A model generated the notes under the pieces. The model was not told the origin of the DNA. It saw nothing but the letters and a program-made list of their open reading frames with translations, and searched no databases. This document shows, in pieces, positions 39,892 through 49,367 of a stretch of 64,000 nucleotides of DNA (positions are counted from its first letter, which is position 1; every line of letters starts with the position of its first letter). The stretch comes from Chthoniobacterales bacterium. GTDB lineage: Bacteria; Verrucomicrobiota; Verrucomicrobiia; Chthoniobacterales; Chthoniobacteraceae. The stretch covers positions 96,001 through 160,000 of the forward strand of contig JBBQZX010000001.1 in the NCBI GenBank assembly GCA_038207335.1. Direction: 5' to 3'. A program made the translations under genes and the position numbers.

Positions 39892-40854
39892 ATGGAGCAC
39901 ATCACGCTCTACTTCCGCCATGGCTCGTCTGACAAAATCTATCAGGCCAGCATCGAGCCGAAGGACGACCGATTCGTCGTTCAGTTCAGTTACGGCCGAC
40001 GCGGCAGCGCGCTGCAGTCCGGCGCCAAGACACAGTCACCCGTCACCCACGAACAGGCGAAGTCGATTTACGACAAGCTGGTCGCGGCGAAAACCGCCAA
40101 GGGTTACAGCTCCGGCGCGGACGGCACGCCCTATCAGCAACCGATCAGGCGAATCGCGCTACCGGCATCCATTGTCAGTTGCTCAATGCGGTCGAGGAAG
40201 ATCAGGCCGAAAGGCTCCTCGCCGATCCGGCTTGGTGGCTCTCCGAAAAGCTGGATGGCCGCCGCCTGCTCATTCGCAAACAAGCCGACACCATCACTGG
40301 TATCAACCGGCTCGGTCTGAAAATTCCAATGCCGCAGCCCCTCGTCGATTCTGCTGTCGGTTGTCCCGTCGATTTCATCCTCGATGGCGAGGCGACCGGC
40401 GACACCCTCCATGCCTTTGACGTGCTGCTCATCGACGATGAGGAGATCGGTGGGCTCCGCTATGGGGAACGTTACCTGCGACTGATGAATCTGCTCGGTT
40501 CTTTCCAGCACGTGAACATCGACTTGGTGGAAACGGTCTTCCTGCCAAAGCAAAAGGCAGAGAGGTTCGAGCAGCTCAAGGCTCGCAATGCGGAGGGTGT
40601 CGTCTGCCGGCACACCGACGCGCCTTACATCGCGGGTCGGCCAGCCTCGGGAGGCCAGAACCTGAAATTCAAGTTCTGCGAGACCGCTTCCTTCATCGTC
40701 GGCAAGGCCAACGCCAAACACAGCGTGTCGTTGCTGCTCTTCGAGGGCGACAAGTCAACCTGTGTATCTCCGCGAACGCGTGGACATCCTCTCGGAGGAA
40801 TGCACCACAGCGCAGTTGAAATACCGCGTCGAACCAGTGGAACACGCGGCATGA
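39892..40854 (+). pseudogene. WGR-domain / ATP-dependent DNA ligase fusion, frameshifted and internally deleted
   Basis: WGR-like SDKIY...SYGRRG...KTAKGY. Frameshift near 40140, then ligase motifs EKLDG, FILDGE, AFDVL, EGVV, LKFK. Second break at about 40755, after which another frame reads QPVYLRERVDI..EECTTAQLKY to TGA at 40854. Confidence 0.85.
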
Positions 40855-40916
40855 GCGCGCAAGTCAGGACCAGGCTCATCAGTCAAGACAAGACCATCAA
40901 CTAACCCACAAACCCG

Positions 40917-40965
40917 AAGCGAAAACGGCCCCTCTGCCCTCACCGGCGGACGGGCCGTTTCGCTT
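40917..40965 (+). promoter_or_regulatory. Hairpin with CTCACC loop upstream of the beta-clamp paralog
   Basis: AAGCGAAAACGGCCCCTCTGCC-CTCACC-GGCGGACGGGCCGTTTCGCTT. Confidence 0.7.
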
Positions 40966-40990
40966 TCCAACCCACGAAAGGAAATACCCT

Positions 40991-42175
40991 ATGTGCCCAT
41001 TCGCTCTTCCCATCGCAGAACTCAAACCTGCCCTGGCCGGCTTGAGCAAAGTCATCGCCAAACGCACCTTGCCGGTCCTCGGCAATATCAAACTCGAGCG
41101 CACCGCGGACGGTTGGATCGCCCTCACCGGCACCGACCTCGATCATTACGTCACCGTCCGCCTGGAACAACCCGGCCCCGACGAACCCGGCGCGCTGCTG
41201 GTTCCTTTCGAGGAACTGTAGAAGACCATGAAAGCCTGCGGCAAAGGCGAGGAAATCCTCGTCGAGCCCCGCGGCAAAGACACGGCGGATATCAAATACC
41301 GTATTGGCGAGCAGTCCGTGGAATCCAAAGTCGAGTCACTGCCGTTGGAGGAATTCCCGGAAAGTCCACGAATCAAAGGCGACGCCATCGCATTGCCCGA
41401 CACGTTGCGCCGGTCCATCCACGAAGCCCTGCAATGCGCGAGCAGCGATGAGACGCGTCTCATCCTCAATGGCGCGTTTCTCGATGTGTCAAAACCCGAG
41501 GCCAACTACGTCGTCGGCACCGAAGGACGGCACATGTTCAGCAGCAACTCCTTCAGTCTGCCGATGAAAGACTCACTTCTCATCCCGAGCCACAAGTTCA
41601 TCGGATCGAAGGAGTTTAACAGCGACGGCGAATGGCAGCTCAAGGTGGCTCTCGCTGAGACGAAGGATGACGCCGGCTACGTGCAAATCAGCAGTCGGCG
41701 CTGGCGCTTCATCAGCCGCCAGATCGAAGGGAACTATCCGAACTGGCGGCAGGTCGTGCCGGGTTCAGACAGTTTCAACACAAGCATCGAGTTCGACACC
41801 GAGCTTGATCCATTGCTCCGGACCATCCAGCGCATGCCCTGCGACGATGTCATCAACTTCGCCATCGGGCTGGAAGTCACCGGCGGCCAACTCGCGCTGC
41901 TCGGCCGACCCTCCGGCACCGCCGACTGGACCCGCATCGAAGTGGCGGGCGCGAAGTGCCGGGGCAAGGACGTGCGGATATTCCTCAACCGAAACCTCCT
42001 CACCAAAGCACTCCAGTTCGGCCTCACCAAAGCGGAGACCATCGATGCCAGGGCACCCCTGCGTTTCAGCAACGTAGGCCGCCAGATGATCGTCATGCCC
42101 ACGCGACCCGAGACCGCACGCATGAGCCGAACGCGATGCGCAGCCGCCCTTTCTGCTCCGCCACCGGAGCCGTGA
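40991..42175 (+). pseudogene. DNA polymerase III beta-subunit (sliding clamp) paralog with in-frame TAG
   Basis: RTLPVLGNI, LTGTDLD, EEFP, SSDETRLILNG, VGTEGRH, IEGNYPNWRQVVP, IVMP. ORFs 40991-41221 and 41228-42175 share one frame, separated by TAG at 41219-41221. Confidence 0.85.
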
Positions 42176-42410
42176 CAAACGACGGCAGCGGCGCGACCCT
42201 TCGACGAGAACGCGGTAAAAGTAACGTGTCGCGGCCTTCAGTCCGTCGATCACGACCAGTCCGGTTTCCGCGGAGTCGCTGGCAAGCAGTGCGCCTGGAA
42301 TCTCGCGCGCACCGTCGAGCGCGGGGGGATTCGCCAATTAGCACCGACCACGGCACCGCCCCCGTCGCTCGAATCTACAGCCGCGCCTCCGCCGGCCCGA
42401 TATGGTATCC
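42114..42410 (-). pseudogene. Alkaline phosphatase D (PhoD)-like N-terminal remnant
   Basis: Across frames: HIGPAEARL*IRA...GLKAATRYFYRV...PSFVTAP...RLRIAFGSC; one stop and two frameshifts. Confidence 0.65.
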
Positions 42411-43183
42411 GCAACGCGCTGCAAAATTTCCTACAGGCGGGTACCGAGGTTGACAGCCTGCTGAAAGACATCGGTCTGACGGCGCGGGACGTTACCGCTT
42501 GTATCCGGAGGTTCATCCCCCGCGTGACTCGCAAAGAATTCTTCACCCAAATCGCAGCCAGTGCTGCGACGTGTGGCATTACGCAAGGCGCCCAGCAAAA
42601 CCCGCCAAGCCCGCTGCCGCGACCCACGCAAATCTCACTGGATCGCGCATGACAAAACATGACAAATCGGCTGCGCAATCACGCGCAACCGTGCGCTTTC
42701 TCATAAATCGCATCGTGCATAAAGCCTTGAAATAGCGAAGATTTGCGCAAGTTCGCGAAAATTGCGGGCGGGTTCGAATCCCCGTTAGGGTCACCATTCG
42801 CGACGCGAAGAAGTGAGTTGCCCCTGTGTTATCTCACCACGAAGGACGGCAAAACCGAGATCTCCCGTGCGCTCCTCGAAGGTGTCAGCACGCTTGCAGA
42901 GCCCCACGGCATCCATGGACGCTCTGGGACTGGAAAGCAGGCTTCGCGTAACAGGGACAAAGAAACGAACACGCCGCTGGTCTGCGAAGCGATTTCCGGG
43001 GTGTGACAGCGCGCACCTGCACCTTCACCCTGAAAGCCGGAGCCTCGCGGGCGATTATCGCGTCGCGCGGTCGATGAGTTCCAACCCTCGCGTCGAAGCC
43101 GTGGCGCGCGCTGCCTGACATCGCCATCCGCCCAGCAAGGCCACGTTTTACATTCGCACGGCGGCTGCTACTTTTTCCGACCC

Positions 43184-44488
43184 ATGAAAAAGCGGCTCGT
43201 CCACTCCGTCTTCGCGCTCGTGCTGGTGTTCAACGTCGTCCTCGGTCTGCGCGTTTACACCGCCCTCGCGGAGAGCGGCGAAAAGGATGACGCGGGATAC
43301 TCCAGCATGGCCGTCTTTGCGCGCGCCATGCAGCTCATTCGGCAGGATTATGTGGATGAGAAAAAGGCCGACTACGAGCAACTCACGCACGCCGCGTTGC
43401 GCGGGATGCTTTCTAGTCTCGACCCGCATTCGCAGTTCATGGAGCCGACCGATTTCAAGGGGATGCAGGACGACACAAACAGCCGCTTCGGCGGACTCGG
43501 CATCCACGTCGCGCAGCGGGATGGGAATCTTGTCATCATCACTCCGATGGAGGGCTCGCCGGGGGCGAAAGCGGGGCTCCAGCCGAACGACCAGATCATC
43601 AAAATCGACGGTAAGGCGACCGACAAAATGGACATCAACGACGCGATCGGAATGCTGCGCGGCGAGGTCGGCACGAACATCACGCTCACGATTTTGCGGC
43701 CCGCCACGCGGGACGTAAAAGACTACCCGCTCACGCGTGAGAGCATCAGCGTCGCCAGCGTGAAAGACGCGCACATCCTCGGGCCGGAGCTCGGCGGCGA
43801 GACTAAAATCGGCTACGTGCGGATCACGCAATTCAACGTGCCGACGGCGGACGAACTCAACGCGCGGCTCGACGAACTCGAGGCAAAGGGGATGCAGGCG
43901 CTCGTGCTCGATTTGCGCTACAATCCCGGCGGTTTGCTCGACTCCGCTGTGAAAGTCGCAGGACAGTTTCTTCCCCCGAAAACGCTCGTCGTTTCCACGG
44001 TCGGACGTGTCCCGTCGCAGAGCAAAAATTACCGCTCTGCGGATCATGTGCGCACGCGTCCGAACTACCCGATGGCGATTCTCATCAACAACGGCAGCGC
44101 GAGCGGCTCGGAGATCGTGGCGGGCGCGTTGAAGGATTTGAACCGCGCGATTTTGGTCGGCGAAACGACGTTTGGAAAAGGCTCCGTGCAAAGCGTGATC
44201 CAGCTCCAGGACGGCTCCGCGCTGCGGCTCACGACTGCGAAATATTATACGCCGAGCAAAAACGTGATCCACGAGCACGGGGTCGCACCCACGATCCAAG
44301 TGACGATGAACAACGATCAAGACCGGCTTCTCATGCTCCAACGGCGCGAGGAAGTGGCGAATGAAACCGAGAAAAAAGAACTCGCGAATTTCCACGACCC
44401 GCAACTCGAGCGCGCCGTTGATGCGCTGAAAAGCGTCGTTATCTACGGTGAGAAAAACGGGGACCAAAAACGCGCGTCGCTGAATTGA
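43184..44488 (+). CDS. ctpA: Carboxyl-terminal processing protease (S41 family, PDZ)
   Basis: LDPHS, FGGLGI, PDZ, LDLRYNPGGLL, SASGSE, TFGKGSVQ, TTAKYYTP. Confidence 0.93.
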   Translation: MKKRLVHSVFALVLVFNVVLGLRVYTALAESGEKDDAGYSSMAVFARAMQLIRQDYVDEKKADYEQLTHAALRGMLSSLDPHSQFMEPTDFKGMQDDTNSRFGGLGIHVAQRDGNLVIITPMEGSPGAKAGLQPNDQIIKIDGKATDKMDINDAIGMLRGEVGTNITLTILRPATRDVKDYPLTRESISVASVKDAHILGPELGGETKIGYVRITQFNVPTADELNARLDELEAKGMQALVLDLRYNPGGLLDSAVKVAGQFLPPKTLVVSTVGRVPSQSKNYRSADHVRTRPNYPMAILINNGSASGSEIVAGALKDLNRAILVGETTFGKGSVQSVIQLQDGSALRLTTAKYYTPSKNVIHEHGVAPTIQVTMNNDQDRLLMLQRREEVANETEKKELANFHDPQLERAVDALKSVVIYGEKNGDQKRASLN

Positions 44489-45489
44489 GCGGGGGAAATT
44501 GCGTCCTCGCGATTGAGACTTCGTGTGACGAGACGGCGGTCGCGATCCTGCGCGACGGTGAGTTGCTCGCGAGCGAGGTCGCGTCGCAGATTGCGATCCA
44601 TCAGGCGACGGGCGGCGTCGTGCCGGAGGTCGCGTCGCGGAATCATCTGCGCGCGCTGCAACCCGTCGCGCTGACCGCGCTGAAAAATGCGGGCATCGGA
44701 ATCGAGGAGATCGACGCCTTCGCCGCGACATCCGGCCCGGGGCTCGCGACTTCGCTGATGATCGGCACCTCCGCGGCGAAAGGCCTCGCGATCGCGTGCG
44801 GCAAGCCGTTCCTCGCGATCAACCATCTCGAAGGGCATCTGATTTCCCCATTTTTCGGATCAAGCGAGGGCGTGCAGTCGTCGATCGCGCTCGTCGTCAG
44901 CGGTGGCCACACGCTGCTTGTGGAGATCGAGGAGTTTGGAAAATACCGACTCCTCGGCCAGACGCGCGACGATGCGGCAGGAGAGGCGTTCGACAAAGTT
45001 GGAAAGCTCCTCGGCCTCCCGTACCCCGGCGGTCCGAACGTTAATCGGCTCGCGACTGGCGCCGACCCCGCGCGTGTCGATTTTCCGCGCAGCATGGCGG
45101 ATTCCGGGGACCTACATTTCAGCTTCAGCGGACTGAAGACCGCTGTGCGCTATCTCCTTCCAAAGCTAGGCGGCATCAGCCTTCCCGACATCTGCGCATC
45201 TTTCCAGGAAGCCGTCGTCGATGTACTCGTTTCAAAGACAATGACCGCCGCGAAACAGACAGGACGCCGCATCGTCGCCGTCAGCGGCGGCGTGAGTTGC
45301 AACACGCGCCTCCGCGAAAAAATGCACACGGCATGTGCGAGCCGCGGGCTCGATCTCCGAGTAGCCGATCCGTCGCTCTGCACCGACAACGCCGCAATGA
45401 TCGGCTTCGTCGCCACCCTCCGCCATGCCCTCGGCGAATCCTCGCCGCTAACGGCAGACATCGACCCAAACCTGCGGTTGGTGAAGTAG
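44485..45489 (+). CDS. tsaD: tRNA N6-adenosine threonylcarbamoyltransferase
   Basis: IETSCDET, GGVVPEVASRNH, NHLEGH, VSGGHT, DDAAGEAFDK, FSFSGLKT, TDNAAMI. Confidence 0.97.
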   Translation: MSGGNCVLAIETSCDETAVAILRDGELLASEVASQIAIHQATGGVVPEVASRNHLRALQPVALTALKNAGIGIEEIDAFAATSGPGLATSLMIGTSAAKGLAIACGKPFLAINHLEGHLISPFFGSSEGVQSSIALVVSGGHTLLVEIEEFGKYRLLGQTRDDAAGEAFDKVGKLLGLPYPGGPNVNRLATGADPARVDFPRSMADSGDLHFSFSGLKTAVRYLLPKLGGISLPDICASFQEAVVDVLVSKTMTAAKQTGRRIVAVSGGVSCNTRLREKMHTACASRGLDLRVADPSLCTDNAAMIGFVATLRHALGESSPLTADIDPNLRLVK

Positions 45490-45625
45490 TCGAGCGCGCT
45501 TCCTGAGAGGTTGCGACGCAACGCCTCATTGATTTCACGCTTTCAAAGACCGCGCTTCGCTGCCGGTTGTCTCTTGCGAGAGGCCTGATGCGTGTGATTT
45601 TGCGCGCTCGTTTTTCTCCGACAGA

Positions 45626-47524
45626 ATGCCGCGCAAACTCCTCACGTTCATCATGACTGCCGCTGTCGGCGGCCTGCCGATCTTGTGCGCAAGCGGCTCG
45701 GAGGGCGGCGCGGCGTTTTCCAGCGAGATTCGCCCGCTGATGGAAAAGTATTGCATCGACTGCCACGACGACGGGCCGAAGCCGAAGGGCGACGTGAACC
45801 TCGATCAATTCCACCAGATGTCCGATCTCTGGCGAGACCCGAAACTTTGGGAGCGCGTGCTGGTGCAGCTCCGCGACCGCGTGATGCCGCCGGCGAAGAA
45901 GAATCAACCCGCCGATGCCGAGCGCGCGCAGCTCGCGGACTGGGTCGGTGCGACGCTCGCGAACCCCGATGTTTCCAGCATTCCGCGCGATCCCGGTGCG
46001 CATGTCGTCCATCGCCTGAACGCGCTGGAATACAACAACACGATGCGCGATTTACTCGGCGTCGAGACACATCCCGCCGACCAATTTCCACCCGACAGCG
46101 GCGGTGGTGGCGGTTTCGACAACAACGCCGGAACGCTCTTCATCCCGCCGATCCTGCTGGAAAAATATCTCTCCGCAGCCGCCGATGTGATCGCCGCCGC
46201 GAAGCCGGAGATGCTCTTCGCCGCCCGCCCCGGCGCACCGCTCGACGATCGCGCCGCGGCAAAAGCGTCCATTGCGCAATTCACCACACGCGCATTTCGG
46301 CGACCCGCGACCGATGAGGAAATCACGCGTCTGTTCGCATTTTACGAAAAGGCCCAAGCGGGAGGTGATGACTCGGAAGCGGCTCTGCGCCTTGCTTTCC
46401 GGGCAGTGCTCGTCTCGCCGCACTTCCTTTTCCGAGTCGAGCAGGAGCGCGAGAATCAGCCCGAGCCGTATCGTATCGGCGACTACGAGCTCGCGAGCCG
46501 GCTCTCGTATTTCCTCTGGTCGTCGATCCCCGACGACGCGCTGTTCCGCGATGCTGCCACAGGAAAACTGCACGACCCCGTGACACTCGATGCGCAAGTC
46601 CGGCGGATGCTTGCCGACCCGAAGGCGCGCACTTTCGCGCAGAACTTCGCAAGTCAATGGCTCCGAACCAAAGAGCTGCACACGACCGTCGAGCCGGCGA
46701 AGGAGAAGTTCCCGAACTTCACGCCTGAGCTGCGCGAGGCGTGCTACCGCGAGCCCGTCGAGTTTTTCCACGCGATGCTGCGCGACAATCGCCCTCTGAC
46801 CGACCTGCTCGATGCCGATTACACCTTTCTCAACGAGCCACTCGCGAGGCTCTACGGCGTGCCCGGCGTGACCGGGCCGGAGATGCGTCGCGTCGTCTTG
46901 AAAGATCACAATCGCGGCGGCGTGCTCGGCATGGCCGCTGTCCTCACTCTCAGCAGTTACCCGCAGCGGACGAGCCCGGTGCTGCGCGGAAAGTGGGTGA
47001 TGGAGGAAATTCTCGGCACGCCGCCGCCACCACCTCCTCCGCTGGTGAACACGCAACAGATTGGGAGCGACCGACTGAAGGACGGCCTCACTTTCCGCCA
47101 GCGGCTCGAGCAACATCGCGAAGATCCGAAGTGCGCTGGCTGCCACGCGCGGATGGACCCGCTCGGCTTCGGTCTGGAAAATTTCGACGCAATCGGAGCG
47201 TGGCGCGGCATGGTTTCGGACCGACCGATCGACGCGGCGGGGAAGATGGTGACGGGTGAGACATTCACCGGCCCCGCGGAACTGAAGGCACTGCTGCTGA
47301 CGCGAAAAGACGAGTTTACGCGAACGCTCACGGAGAAGATGCTCGCGTATGCGCTGGGCCGCGGGATCGAGCCTTGCGACTGGATCGCCGTGCGGCAGAT
47401 TGCCACCGCCACCGCTTCGGACGGTTACAGTCTGCAGCGGCTCGTGCTCGAAGTCGCGCGCAGCTTCCCATTTCAATACCGGCGTCCGCCCGAGCAGAAA
47501 AACGTCGTCCTTTCCAAACCATGA
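45626..47524 (+). CDS. DUF1587/DUF1595/DUF1592/DUF1588/DUF1585 cytochrome-c-type protein
   Basis: CIDCH, RLNALEYNNT, ELASRLSYFLWSSIPD, TSPVLRGKW, CAGCHARMDPLGFGLENFD. Confidence 0.9.
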   Translation: MPRKLLTFIMTAAVGGLPILCASGSEGGAAFSSEIRPLMEKYCIDCHDDGPKPKGDVNLDQFHQMSDLWRDPKLWERVLVQLRDRVMPPAKKNQPADAERAQLADWVGATLANPDVSSIPRDPGAHVVHRLNALEYNNTMRDLLGVETHPADQFPPDSGGGGGFDNNAGTLFIPPILLEKYLSAAADVIAAAKPEMLFAARPGAPLDDRAAAKASIAQFTTRAFRRPATDEEITRLFAFYEKAQAGGDDSEAALRLAFRAVLVSPHFLFRVEQERENQPEPYRIGDYELASRLSYFLWSSIPDDALFRDAATGKLHDPVTLDAQVRRMLADPKARTFAQNFASQWLRTKELHTTVEPAKEKFPNFTPELREACYREPVEFFHAMLRDNRPLTDLLDADYTFLNEPLARLYGVPGVTGPEMRRVVLKDHNRGGVLGMAAVLTLSSYPQRTSPVLRGKWVMEEILGTPPPPPPPLVNTQQIGSDRLKDGLTFRQRLEQHREDPKCAGCHARMDPLGFGLENFDAIGAWRGMVSDRPIDAAGKMVTGETFTGPAELKALLLTRKDEFTRTLTEKMLAYALGRGIEPCDWIAVRQIATATASDGYSLQRLVLEVARSFPFQYRRPPEQKNVVLSKP

Positions 47525-48906
47525 ACGCGCACTCCATCTCCCGCCGCACGATGCTGAAAGGCCTCGGCGCGTGCCTCGCCCTTCCGCTGCTGGAGACGAT
47601 GCGACCGCTCCGCGCGATGGCTGGCGCACCCGCACATCCCGTGCGGATGGCGGTGCTTTACATGCCGAATGGCGTGCGCCAGGACGCGTGGACTCCGGCC
47701 ACAATTGGGAAAAATTTCGAGCTGTCGCGCCTGTTGCAGCCGCTCGCGCCGCATCGCGACGACCTGCTCGTTCTATCCGAGCTGTGGAATGCCGCGAGCG
47801 ACACCGGCGACGGGCATTACGTGAAGACGGGCGGCTTTCTCACGGGCACCACGATCACGCGGACCACCGGCGCGAATCTCAGCAGCAACGGCGTCTCGAT
47901 GGATCAGCTCTGCGCGAAACGCATCGGCAACCAGACCCTGCTGCCGTCGCTCGAACTCGGCATCGAGCCGCCTGCGACCGGCGTCGATGCGAACGTCGGC
48001 TACACGCAACTCTACGGCGCGCACGTCGCATGGAGCACACCGACGACGCCGCTCACAAAGGAGATCAATCCAAAGCTCGCCTTCGACCGCATTTTCCGCC
48101 CAAAAGCCGCGCCCGGCGATCGCGCTGCGGCGGCGACGCGCGACCGCAGCGTGCTCGATCTCGTGAGCGAAGATGCGCGCGCGTTGCAGAAAAAACTCGG
48201 TGCGGCGGATCGCGAAAAACTCGGCGAATATCTCGAAAGTGTGCGCTCCGTCGAGCAGCGGATCGAGTGGGATGCGCAGCGGCAAAATGCGACCGTGATG
48301 AGCGATCCGCTCGCGCTCAAGGAGATCGAAGCTCTCGGCCGCAGAGCCGATGCCTACGGCGATCCAGGGCGGGTGAGTGAGCGAAAAGGCGACCACACCG
48401 AGCACGTGCGGCTGATGCTCGACCTCGTCGCGCTGGCCTTCTGGACCGACGCCACCCGCATCGCCACGTTCATGTTTGGCAACGCTGTGAGCAGCCGTTC
48501 GTTCGCGTTTTTAGGGAGTGGATTCGGCGGGCATCACGAGACTTCGCATCACGAAAATCGGCAGGACAAACTCGACCGCTACGAGCGGATCAATCTGTGG
48601 CACCTCGAGCACTACGCTTACCTGCTCGGGAAGCTGAAAAGCATTCGCGAAGGCGAGGGGACGCTGCTCGATCACTCGATGATTCTCTTCGGCGCCGGGA
48701 TGCGCGACGGCAACGCGCATAATCCGCACAATCTCCCCATCGTGCTCGCCGGGCGCGCAGGCGGAACGCTCGCGACAGGACGGCATCTTGCTTTCGACAA
48801 GAACACGCCGCTCACGAATTTGTATCGCTCGATGCTCGCGCGGATGGGAACGCCCGTGGAGCACTTCGCCGACAGCACCGGCGAGCTCGCGGGCATCGCG
48901 GGCTGA
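47521..48906 (+). CDS. DUF1552 (HXXSHH) Tat-exported protein
   Basis: SRRTMLKG Tat motif; YMPNG; SMDQ; HHETSHH; GNAH. ATG overlaps the upstream stop. Confidence 0.9.
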   Translation: MNAHSISRRTMLKGLGACLALPLLETMRPLRAMAGAPAHPVRMAVLYMPNGVRQDAWTPATIGKNFELSRLLQPLAPHRDDLLVLSELWNAASDTGDGHYVKTGGFLTGTTITRTTGANLSSNGVSMDQLCAKRIGNQTLLPSLELGIEPPATGVDANVGYTQLYGAHVAWSTPTTPLTKEINPKLAFDRIFRPKAAPGDRAAAATRDRSVLDLVSEDARALQKKLGAADREKLGEYLESVRSVEQRIEWDAQRQNATVMSDPLALKEIEALGRRADAYGDPGRVSERKGDHTEHVRLMLDLVALAFWTDATRIATFMFGNAVSSRSFAFLGSGFGGHHETSHHENRQDKLDRYERINLWHLEHYAYLLGKLKSIREGEGTLLDHSMILFGAGMRDGNAHNPHNLPIVLAGRAGGTLATGRHLAFDKNTPLTNLYRSMLARMGTPVEHFADSTGELAGIAG

Positions 48907-48963
48907 CGATTGTTGGCGACAATCCGCAATCGCCAAGTTGCGATCGGTGGCTAGATTTCCGGG

Positions 48964-49359
48964 ATGGAAATCACCACACAACTCTCGGTTTTTCTTTCGA
49001 ACAAGGCTGGCACGCTGGCGGCGGTCTGCGAGGAATTGGCGGCGGCGAAGATCAATATTTACGCGCTCACGATCTCAGACACGATCGACCACGCGGTCGT
49101 GCGAATGGTGGTGAGCGACTCGCTGAAGGCGCTGCACATCTTCGGCGATCATGGCGTGCTCGCGGTGGAGTCGCAGGTGCTGATGATCGAAAACAGTAAC
49201 AAGCCGGGTTCGCTCGCGGCGATCGCGGAGAAGCTGGCGAAAGCGAAAATCAATATCGAATACGCCTACCTCGCGACGAGTCCTGACGCGAAAAAAGGCC
49301 TGCTTGTGCTGCGCGTGAAGAAGCCGAAGAAAGCGCTCAAGGTATTGAGCGCGGAGTAG
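48964..49359 (+). CDS. Tandem ACT-domain protein
   Basis: QLSVFLSNKAGTL...INI and NKPGSLA...INIEYAY repeats. Confidence 0.9.
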   Translation: MEITTQLSVFLSNKAGTLAAVCEELAAAKINIYALTISDTIDHAVVRMVVSDSLKALHIFGDHGVLAVESQVLMIENSNKPGSLAAIAEKLAKAKINIEYAYLATSPDAKKGLLVLRVKKPKKALKVLSAE

Positions 49360-49367
49360 CTGCCGAG

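Larger units (their letters stand above)
34261..42796. mobile_element. Decayed integrative element (genomic island) inserted in the tRNA-Glu 3' end
   Basis: Direct repeat of the tRNA 3' end: CGGGTTCGAATCCCGTTAGGGTCAC (34261-34285) and CGGGTTCGAATCCCCGTTAGGGTCACCA (42769-42796). Integrase stub next to the tRNA; multiple pseudogenes. Confidence 0.92.

Noticed and set aside
41120..41131. Third GCCCTCACCGGC motif
   Set aside because: It lies within clamp coding sequence (ALTG codons) and has no extended stem.
41219..41221. Stop-codon recoding (pyrrolysine or readthrough)
   Set aside because: TAG is a normal stop for many genes in the window, and neighbouring island genes are also decayed.
42190..42225. 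Possible fourth copy of the island module repeat (CGCGGTAAAAGT)
   Set aside because: Explained as the antisense of PhoD-like coding sequence (TRYFYRV); the 5' half of the repeat is absent.
42769..42796. Second tRNA gene
   Set aside because: Only the T-arm and acceptor 3' strand are present; this is the att duplication.
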